Origin: Bacteroidales bacterium
Lineage (GTDB): Bacteria > Bacillota > Clostridia > Lachnospirales > Lachnospiraceae
DNA: 64,000 bases
Direction: 5' to 3'
Assembly (NCBI GenBank): GCA_023664535.1
Contig: JAMPFJ010000010.1
Coordinates: 9,060 to 73,059 of the forward strand
A program made the translations under genes and the position numbers. This document shows, one piece after another, positions 57,676 to 64,000 of this stretch. Each line of letters starts with the position of its first letter. The first letter of the stretch is position 1. The notes under the pieces were generated by a model. The model was not told the origin of the DNA. It saw only the letters and a program-made list of their open reading frames with translations, and did no database searches.

Positions 57676-58116
57676 TTACATCACCTCTGCTTTTCCACCA
57701 AGAGCCTCGATTTTTTCTACTGCTGAAGCACTGAATGCATTTACTTTAACGGTAAGCTTCTTTGTCAGTTCACCATTTCCCAAAATCTTAACGCCGTCCT
57801 TAGGATTGCTGACGATGCCTGCACCAATCAAGGTTTCAACGGTTACTTCGGAACCCTCATCAAATGCATTTAATGCAGACACGTTAATTGCAATAATTTC
57901 CTTTGAACTGGGACAGGTAAACCCTCTCTTGGGAAGTCTTCTATATAACGGCATCTGACCACCTTCAAAACCGGGTCTGGTTGCCCCTGAACGAGCCTTC
58001 TGTCCTTTATGCCCTTTACCTGCAGTCTTACCGTTTCCTGAACCATGGCCACGGCCTTTTCTGAAATTATCACTATGCTTGGAACCATCTGCCGGCTTTA
58101 ATGTCGATAAATTCAT
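57676..58116 (-). CDS. rplO: 50S ribosomal protein L15
   Basis: Gly/Lys-rich N-terminus [26 protein letters not shown]. Confidence 0.97.
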   Translation of the reverse strand: MNLSTLKPADGSKHSDNFRKGRGHGSGNGKTAGKGHKGQKARSGATRPGFEGGQMPLYRRLPKRGFTCPSSKEIIAINVSALNAFDEGSEVTVETLIGAGIVSNPKDGVKILGNGELTKKLTVKVNAFSASAVEKIEALGGKAEVM

Positions 58117-58144
58117 TTATGCGCACCTCCTTATCTCGATATCA

Positions 58145-58327
58145 TTAAATTTCTTCTACCTTTACTAAATGTCTGACCTGGTCGGTCATTCCCTTTGTAG
58201 CAGCATTATTCGGAAGCTCCACTGTCTTGTTCAGCTTTCTAAGACCTAATGCTTCCAATGTTCTTTTATGCTTTGGGATTGCTCCAATAGGAGACTTTAC
58301 TAAAGTAACTTTTACTCTGTCTGCCAT
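58145..58327 (-). CDS. rpmD: 50S ribosomal protein L30
   Basis: 60 aa: KVTLVKSPIGAIPKHKRTLEALGLRK. Confidence 0.96.
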   Translation of the reverse strand: MADRVKVTLVKSPIGAIPKHKRTLEALGLRKLNKTVELPNNAATKGMTDQVRHLVKVEEI

Positions 58328-58340
58328 TTTTCAATCCTCC

Positions 58341-58850
58341 TTAACCTAAAATCTCTTCAACAGATTTTCCGCGAAGCCTTGCAACCTCTTCAGGAGTCTT
58401 TAAGTTTGAAAGTCCGTTGATTGTAGCCAGCACTACGTTCTGCTTATTATTTGAACCTAAAGACTTGGTACGGATATTCTTGTATCCTGCTAACTCAAGC
58501 ACAGAACGTGCCGGACCGCCTGCGATGATACCGGTACCTTCCGGAGACGCCTTTAACAGAACAGATGCACTGCCAAATTTTCCTGTCCAGTCATGAGGAA
58601 TACTTCCGTTATCGTTAATCGGAACCTCTACTAAACTCTTGATTGCATCCTCTTTGCCCTTACGAATTGCTTCCGGAATTTCGGCTGCTTTACCGATTCC
58701 GGCGCCTACATGACCATTCTTGTCACCTACAACTACAAGAGCAGCAAATCTCATATTACGTCCACCTTTAACAACCTTGGTTACACGCTTGATGTTAACA
58801 ACTTTTTCTTCTAATTCTAACTGACTAGCATCAATAATTGTATGCTTCAT
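58341..58850 (-). CDS. rpsE: 30S ribosomal protein S5
   Basis: [27 protein letters not shown] motif. Confidence 0.97.
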   Translation of the reverse strand: MKHTIIDASQLELEEKVVNIKRVTKVVKGGRNMRFAALVVVGDKNGHVGAGIGKAAEIPEAIRKGKEDAIKSLVEVPINDNGSIPHDWTGKFGSASVLLKASPEGTGIIAGGPARSVLELAGYKNIRTKSLGSNNKQNVVLATINGLSNLKTPEEVARLRGKSVEEILG

Positions 58851-58868
58851 AAATTGTTTTCCTCCTTA

Positions 58869-59237
58869 TTAGAATTCGAGACCAGCTTCTCTTGCTGCAT
58901 CTGCTAATGCTTTTACCTTACCCTGATATATAAATCCGCCTCTGTCAAAGACAACTGTTGTAATTCCCTTATCCAATGCTCTCTTTGCAATTACCTTACC
59001 TAAGTAAGCTGCCGCATCGACATTATTTGTCTTTTCCAATTCTGCCTTAACTTCCTTTTGAACGGTTGAAGCTGACACTAAAGTATTACCAACTGTATCA
59101 TCAATAATTTGAGCGTACATATGATTATTACTTCTGAATACAGCTAAACGTGGTCTCTCAGCAGTCCCACTAAAGCGGTTACGGATTCTTAAATGCTTTT
59201 TCGCACGAACCTTACTTCTTGACTCTTTGTTAATCAT
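58869..59237 (-). CDS. rplR: 50S ribosomal protein L18
   Basis: [20 protein letters not shown] motif. Confidence 0.97.
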   Translation of the reverse strand: MINKESRSKVRAKKHLRIRNRFSGTAERPRLAVFRSNNHMYAQIIDDTVGNTLVSASTVQKEVKAELEKTNNVDAAAYLGKVIAKRALDKGITTVVFDRGGFIYQGKVKALADAAREAGLEF

Positions 59238-59255
59238 CCTATCTCACTCCTTTAA

Positions 59256-59795
59256 TTATTTCTTACCAGTCTTACCAACTTTACGTCTAATCACTTCATC
59301 AGCATACTTAATACCTTTACCCTTATAAGGCTCCGGTGCTCTCTTCTCTCTGATTTCAGCGGCATATTGGCCAACCTTTTCTTTATCAATCCCTGAAACA
59401 GTAATGGTGTTACCGTCTACCTTAGACTCTAATCCTTCCGGGTCCTCCATCTCTACCGGATGAGAGTAGCCCAGGTTAAGCACTAATTTCTTTCCCTGCT
59501 TTGCCGCTCTGTAGCCGACACCATTTACCTCTAATACTTTTGTATAACCATCGGTTACACCGATTACCATATTGTTAATCAGAGTTCTGGTCAGACCATG
59601 TAATGACTTCATTTTCTTTAAATCATTTGGTCTTGTAACGATAACCTGATCTCCGTCAAGCTTAATGTCCATTTCCGCCGGTAATACTCTGCTAAGTGTA
59701 CCCTTTGGTCCTTTTACAGTCACTTGATTATTTTCTGCAATATCAACAGTTACGCCTGCTGGTACAGCGATAGGCATTCTTCCGATACGTGACAT
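59256..59795 (-). CDS. rplF: 50S ribosomal protein L6
   Basis: [18 protein letters not shown]-terminus. 179 aa. Confidence 0.97.
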   Translation of the reverse strand: MSRIGRMPIAVPAGVTVDIAENNQVTVKGPKGTLSRVLPAEMDIKLDGDQVIVTRPNDLKKMKSLHGLTRTLINNMVIGVTDGYTKVLEVNGVGYRAAKQGKKLVLNLGYSHPVEMEDPEGLESKVDGNTITVSGIDKEKVGQYAAEIREKRAPEPYKGKGIKYADEVIRRKVGKTGKK

Positions 59796-59885
59796 GCCGT
59801 TACCTCCTTAAATTCTCTAAAACCGATTACGGTTTTGTTATTCGTTTATCAAACTTTGTTTCTATACTTTGTATAATAATTTATA

Positions 59886-60252
59886 ATAATCTACAGCATC
59901 CGCTCTACTAAATTCGAACATCGCTTTGCTCGTTCTCATTAAGTATCCGGATGGGCTTTCGCACTAACCTCAAACTGCGCCTTTGGCTTGTTTTGTTCAC
60001 CACTACACTCTCGTATAATCTACAGCATCCGCTCTACTAAATTCGAACATCGCTTCGCTCGTTCTCATTAAGTATCCGGATGGGCTTTCGCACTAACCTC
60101 AAACTGCGCCTTTGGCTTGTTTTGTTCACCACTACACTCTCGTATAATCTACAGCATCCGCTCTACTAAATTCGAACATCGCTTCGCTCGTTCTCATTAA
60201 GTATCCGGATGGGCTTTCGCACTAACCTCAAACTGCGCCTTTGGCTTGTTTT
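59886..60252. repeat. tandem repeat, 129-bp unit x 2.85 copies, in the rpsH-rplF spacer
   Basis: Copies run 59886-60014, 60015-60143 and 60144-60252 (the last is truncated). Copies 1 and 2 differ at one base (59927 T versus 60056 C), and copies 2 and 3 are identical over their shared length. All six frames are closed. Confidence 0.95.
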
Positions 60253-60269
60253 CGCTAAGTGCTCAATGC

Positions 60270-60671
60270 CTACCAGACAAAGGCCAGTACTTCGCCGCCA
60301 ACCTGCTGTGCACGAGCCTGCTTGTCAGTCAGCACACCCTTGTTTGTCGAAATGATGGCAACGCCTAAACCGCCTAATACCTTAGGAAGTTCATCCTTGC
60401 CGGCATAAACCCGAAGACCCGGTTTAGAAATTCTCTTGATACCGGTAATAATCTTCTCATTCTTATCCTTACCGTACTTTAAGGTAATACGGATAGTCTT
60501 AAATTTACCTTCTTCAATTATATCAACAGCCTTGACATAACCCTCTTCCAAAAGAATGTTAGCGATTGCTTCCTTCATCTTTGAAGCAGGAACATCAACT
60601 GTATCATGTTTAGCAGTATTCGCATTGCGAATTCTAGTAAGCATATCTGCGATTGGATCTGTCATTGTCAT
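60270..60671 (-). CDS. rpsH: 30S ribosomal protein S8
   Basis: [13 protein letters not shown] motif. 133 aa. Confidence 0.97.
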   Translation of the reverse strand: MTMTDPIADMLTRIRNANTAKHDTVDVPASKMKEAIANILLEEGYVKAVDIIEEGKFKTIRITLKYGKDKNEKIITGIKRISKPGLRVYAGKDELPKVLGGLGVAIISTNKGVLTDKQARAQQVGGEVLAFVW

Positions 60672-60689
60672 TTACCTCCTTCAAAAATT

Positions 60690-60875
60690 CTACCAGCTTG
60701 CTTTCTTTACGCCAGGGATTTCACCCTTATAAGCCAACTCACGGAAGCAGATTCTGCAGATTCCGTATTTTCTTAACACTGAATGTGGACGTCCACAAAC
60801 TTTACAACGAGTATATTCTCTTGTCGAGAATTTCTGTTTGCGCTGTTGTTTAACAACCATTGCTTTCTTAGCCAT
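60690..60875 (-). CDS. rpsN: 30S ribosomal protein S14 type Z (zinc-binding)
   Basis: 61 aa with the [20 protein letters not shown] zinc ribbon. Confidence 0.96.
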   Translation of the reverse strand: MAKKAMVVKQQRKQKFSTREYTRCKVCGRPHSVLRKYGICRICFRELAYKGEIPGVKKASW

Positions 60876-60889
60876 GAATCTTCCTCCTA

Positions 60890-61429
60890 TTATTTCTTAA
60901 ATGGCATGCCGAATAAAGTCAACAACTCACGAGCTTCCTCATCCGTTTTAGCGGTAGTAACGAAAATTACGTCCATACCTCTGACCTTATCTATCTTGTC
61001 ATACTCAATTTCCGGGAAAATCAACTGCTCTTTAATACCCAGAGCATAGTTTCCTCTTCCGTCAAAAGCATTTGCACTGATACCCCTGAAGTCACGAACA
61101 CGCGGTAATGCAAGATTGATTAAACGATCTGCAAACTCGTACATTCTCTCTCCTCTTAAGGTTACCTTACATCCAATCGGCATTCCTTCTCTTAACTTAA
61201 AGTTTGCGATAGACTTTTTCGCACGGGTAACAACTGCTTTCTGACCGGTAATAATTTCTAAGTCCTGAACTGCTGTATCTAAAAGCTTATGGTTTTCCTT
61301 AGCCTCACCGACACCCATGTTGATAACGATTTTTTCCAGCTTGGGAACTTCCATAACGTTTTTATAACCAAATTTCTTAGTCATAGCCTCTTTGATTTCG
61401 CTATTGTACTGTTCTTTTAATCTACTCAA
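60890..61429 (-). CDS. rplE: 50S ribosomal protein L5
   Basis: [10 protein letters not shown]...[19 protein letters not shown] start with AGGAGG 9 nt upstream. Confidence 0.96.
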   Translation of the reverse strand: MSRLKEQYNSEIKEAMTKKFGYKNVMEVPKLEKIVINMGVGEAKENHKLLDTAVQDLEIITGQKAVVTRAKKSIANFKLREGMPIGCKVTLRGERMYEFADRLINLALPRVRDFRGISANAFDGRGNYALGIKEQLIFPEIEYDKIDKVRGMDVIFVTTAKTDEEARELLTLFGMPFKK

Positions 61430-61451
61430 CCTCTGTGGCCTCCTCTCTTAA

Positions 61452-61769
61452 TTAGTCAATCTTTTCTAACTTACCGTTCACTTTAGCCACACGAACCTTA
61501 TCCTTCTTCTCGCCCTGGAAGCCGATTCTAACCGGTTTTCCCTTGTGAACATACATAACGTTAGATATATCAATAGGTGCTTCCTTTTCAATGATACCAC
61601 CCTGCTGATTTGTCATACTTGGTTTAGAATGCTTAGAAACCATGTTGACGCCCTCAACTAATACTCTATTATTCTTGGTATCCACTGATAATACCTTACC
61701 GGTCTTGCCCTTGTCTTTACCAGTGATTACCTGAACTAAGTCATCTTTCTTAATCTTGCTGGTTGCCAT
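61452..61769 (-). CDS. rplX: 50S ribosomal protein L24
   Basis: KKDDLVQVITGKDKGKTGKVL KOW motif. Confidence 0.97.
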   Translation of the reverse strand: MATSKIKKDDLVQVITGKDKGKTGKVLSVDTKNNRVLVEGVNMVSKHSKPSMTNQQGGIIEKEAPIDISNVMYVHKGKPVRIGFQGEKKDKVRVAKVNGKLEKID

Positions 61770-61781
61770 CCTGACACCTCC

Positions 61782-62150
61782 TTATAAAACTTCTGGTGCT
61801 AATGAAACGATTTTCATGAATTTTTTATCTCTAAGCTCTCTTGCCACAGGTCCGAAAATACGGGTTCCTCTGGGATTCATATCATCCTTGATAATTACCG
61901 CAGCATTCTCATCGAACTTAATGTATGAACCGTCTTTACGACGGGCGCCCTTCTTTGTACGGACAACTACCGCTTTTACAACGTCACCTTTCTTTACAAC
62001 ACCGCCTGGTGTTGCATCTTTAACAGAGGCAACGATAACATCACCGATATTTGCATATCTTCTGGTTGAACCGCCTAATACTCTGATGCAAAGTAACTCT
62101 TTTGCTCCGGTATTATCCGCAACTTTAAGTCTTGTTTCCTGTTGTACCAT
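61782..62150 (-). CDS. rplN: 50S ribosomal protein L14
   Basis: [27 protein letters not shown]. Confidence 0.98.
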   Translation of the reverse strand: MVQQETRLKVADNTGAKELLCIRVLGGSTRRYANIGDVIVASVKDATPGGVVKKGDVVKAVVVRTKKGARRKDGSYIKFDENAAVIIKDDMNPRGTRIFGPVARELRDKKFMKIVSLAPEVL

Positions 62151-62167
62151 GATATTTGCCTCCTTGA

Positions 62168-62422
62168 TTATTTTGCTTTCTCTACAATCTCAACAAGTCT
62201 CCATCTCTTATCCTTTGACAAAGGTCTTGTCTCCATTACTCTTACTCTGTCTCCGATGCGACATTCATTGTTCTCATCATGCGCCTTTAACTTATAAGTT
62301 CTCTTCACAATCTTTCCATAAAGAGGATGCTTAACATTATCTACGATTGAAACAACAATTGTTTTATCCATCTTATCACTCGTTACAAGTCCTACACGTG
62401 TTTTTCTCAGATTTCTTTCCAC
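62168..62422 (-). CDS. rpsQ: 30S ribosomal protein S17
   Basis: (M)[23 protein letters not shown]. The GTG at 62422 lies 5 nt after GGAGGAA. The track's TTG start actually sits inside the RBS. Confidence 0.95.
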   Translation of the reverse strand: MERNLRKTRVGLVTSDKMDKTIVVSIVDNVKHPLYGKIVKRTYKLKAHDENNECRIGDRVRVMETRPLSKDKRWRLVEIVEKAK

Positions 62423-62445
62423 AATAATTCCTCCTTCCAAGATAA

Positions 62446-62649
62446 TTAAGCATTAGCCTTTTCCGTCATAATAGACTGGATTCTGGCAATATTTCTTCTT
62501 ACTTCTTTAATTCTGCTTGTATTCTCTAACTGATTTGTTGCATTCTGGAATCTTAAGTTAAATAATTCCTTTTTAGCAGCTACTAACTCTGCCTTCAGCT
62601 CTTCTACATTTTTTGACTTTAAATCATCACGATATTCCTTAGTTTTCAC
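62446..62649 (-). CDS. rpmC: 50S ribosomal protein L29
   Basis: [30 protein letters not shown]. The likely GTG start at 62649 lies 8 nt after GAAGGAGG and overlaps the rplP 3' end. Confidence 0.95.
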   Translation of the reverse strand: MKTKEYRDDLKSKNVEELKAELVAAKKELFNLRFQNATNQLENTSRIKEVRRNIARIQSIMTEKANA

Positions 62650-63076
62650 TGCCTGCACCTCCTTCTAAATCTTCACGGGATACAATTTTACATTTAACCG
62701 GCAGCTTATGTGTAGCAAGTCTTAATGCTTCCTTTGCCGTCTCCTCCGGTACGCCTGCAATTTCAAACATTACACGACCGGGTTTTACTACTGCTACCCA
62801 TCCTTCTACAGCACCTTTACCTTTACCCATACGAACACCGATAGGCTTAGAGGTATACGGTTTATCCGGGAAAATCTTAATCCATACCTTACCGGTACGC
62901 TTTACATAACGGGTCATGGCAACACGGGCTGCCTCTATCTGATTAGACTTAATCCATGCCGGCTCCAATGCAACGATACCATATTCTCCGTTGCTAATTT
63001 TATTTCCTCTGGTCGCCTTGCCTGCCATGGAACCTCTGAACTGTTTTCTATGCTTTGTTCTTTTCGGCATTAACAT
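62639..63076 (-). CDS. rplP: 50S ribosomal protein L16
   Basis: [25 protein letters not shown]-terminus. Confidence 0.98.
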   Translation of the reverse strand: MLMPKRTKHRKQFRGSMAGKATRGNKISNGEYGIVALEPAWIKSNQIEAARVAMTRYVKRTGKVWIKIFPDKPYTSKPIGVRMGKGKGAVEGWVAVVKPGRVMFEIAGVPEETAKEALRLATHKLPVKCKIVSREDLEGGAGSEN

Positions 63077-63741
63077 TACTGCTCACTCCCTTCCTTGTTG
63101 TTCTTAGTTGGAAGTACTTCACCATGATAAATCCATGTCTTAACGCCAACCTTACCGTAGGTTGTATCTGCTTCTGCAAAACCATAATCAATATCCGCAC
63201 GAAGTGTCTGAAGCGGAATAGTACCGTCGCTGTAGAACTCGGTACGCGCCATATCCGCACCGCCCAGACGGCCGGAAACGGATGTCTTGATTCCCAATGC
63301 TCCGGCTTTCATCGTTCTGCCCATGCAGGATTTCATTGCCCGGCGGAAAGAAATACGATTCTCAAGCTGTGCTGCGATGTTCTCAGCAACCAGCTGCGCA
63401 TCTGCGTCCGGTTTCTTCACTTCTTTAACATCTACCATCAGTTTCTTATCTGTCAGCTTGGCAACATCCTTCTTAAGCGCTTCAATCTCCGCTCCGCCCT
63501 TACCGATAACCACGCCCGGCTTAGCAGTATAAATGATAACCTTAAGTCTGTCAGATGCTCTCTCGATTTCAATCTTGGAAATCTGAGCGCTGTAAAGTCT
63601 CTTTTTCAGATATTTACGAATTTCATTATCTTCTATTAAGTTATTTGCAAATTCGCCATCCTTTGTATCCGCATACCATCTGGAATCCCAGTCCTTGATG
63701 ATACCGACTCTCAAACCATGAGGATTTACTTTCTGTCCCAT
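63076..63741 (-). CDS. rpsC: 30S ribosomal protein S3
   Basis: [25 protein letters not shown]-terminus with KH domain. 221 aa. Confidence 0.98.
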   Translation of the reverse strand: MGQKVNPHGLRVGIIKDWDSRWYADTKDGEFANNLIEDNEIRKYLKKRLYSAQISKIEIERASDRLKVIIYTAKPGVVIGKGGAEIEALKKDVAKLTDKKLMVDVKEVKKPDADAQLVAENIAAQLENRISFRRAMKSCMGRTMKAGALGIKTSVSGRLGGADMARTEFYSDGTIPLQTLRADIDYGFAEADTTYGKVGVKTWIYHGEVLPTKNNKEGSEQ

Positions 63742-63752
63742 TATTTGCCTCC

Positions 63753-64000
63753 TTATCTTTCATCAAGCACGATAGTAATATGACTTGTTCTCTTCTCGAT
63801 TCTATAAGCCCTGCCCTGTGCTCTTGGTTGAATTCTCTTCATTGTCGGTCCTTTATTTGCATAACACTCTGCAATATAAAGGTCTTCCATCTTCATTCCA
63901 TTGTTGTTCTCCGCATTTGCAATTGCCGACTTCAACAACTTCTCTATTACACTTGAAGCATATCTCGGATTATACGCTAAAATAGCAAGTGCAGTCTGTA
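63753..64000 (-). CDS. rplV: 50S ribosomal protein L22, C-terminal part (5' end lies outside the window)
   Basis: [34 protein letters not shown]. The frame stays open to the window edge. Confidence 0.93.
   Translation of the reverse strand, partial: QTALAILAYNPRYASSVIEKLLKSAIANAENNNGMKMEDLYIAECYANKGPTMKRIQPRAQGRAYRIEKRTSHITIVLDER

Noticed and set aside
59900-59960. The GTTCGAAT string (minus strand) inside the 129-bp unit resembles a tRNA T-loop, suggesting a tRNA-like element.
   Set aside because: The flanking bases do not form a T-stem, and no acceptor, D or anticodon arms can be drawn. Coincidental match.
59886-60252. Considered whether the repeat array between rpsH and rplF is a CRISPR array.
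   Set aside because: The units are 129 bp and directly abutting, with no unique spacers between them. There are no cas genes or leader. It is a simple tandem repeat.

Overview
This 64-kb window comes from a mid/low-GC Firmicute. Gene content and operon order suggest a Clostridia, Lachnospiraceae-like gut anaerobe; that assignment is an inference and nothing was searched.

- **Ribosomal superoperon (about 50.6-64.0 kb, minus strand):** the distal S10/spc/alpha operon runs rplV(partial)-rpsC-rplP-rpmC-rpsQ-rplN-rplX-rplE-rpsN-rpsH-rplF-rplR-rpsE-rpmD-rplO-secY-adk-map-infA-rpmJ-rpsM-rpsK-rpsD-rpoA-rplQ.
- **Usual Firmicute continuation, broken up:** it continues into ecfA/ecfT, truA and rplM-rpsI, but accessory insertions interrupt the block. 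A choloylglycine hydrolase group sits between ecfT and truA. A BlaI/BlaR1-like module sits between truA and rplM.
- **AT-rich island (38.2-40.8 kb):** about 2.4 kb downstream of rpsI carries a solitary Mrr-type nuclease, a candidate type I toxin-antitoxin locus and a zeta-like kinase pair. It abuts a purM 3' relic.
- **Non-coding insertions in the ribosomal operon:** 2.85 copies of a 129-bp tandem repeat lie between rpsH and rplF. A palindromic 122-nt element lies between secY and adk.
- **Left 38 kb, mostly housekeeping:** a second truA copy, aminotransferases, dusB, coaX, a sugar ABC importer, an ABC-F ATPase, a dtd-metH-ilvN-ilvC cluster, trkAH, a GGGtGRT/NifU-like pair, glycerate kinase, a MATE exporter, fused feoAB and a macrolide-type glycosyltransferase.
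- **Other points of interest in that stretch:** a rod-like structured RNA or MITE candidate at 25.3 kb and an AT-rich two-gene cassette at 31.3-32.4 kb.
- **Not found:** no rRNA, tRNA, CRISPR array, integrase or transposase.

All calls come from reading the supplied translations and the sequence by eye. No database search or folding program was run.
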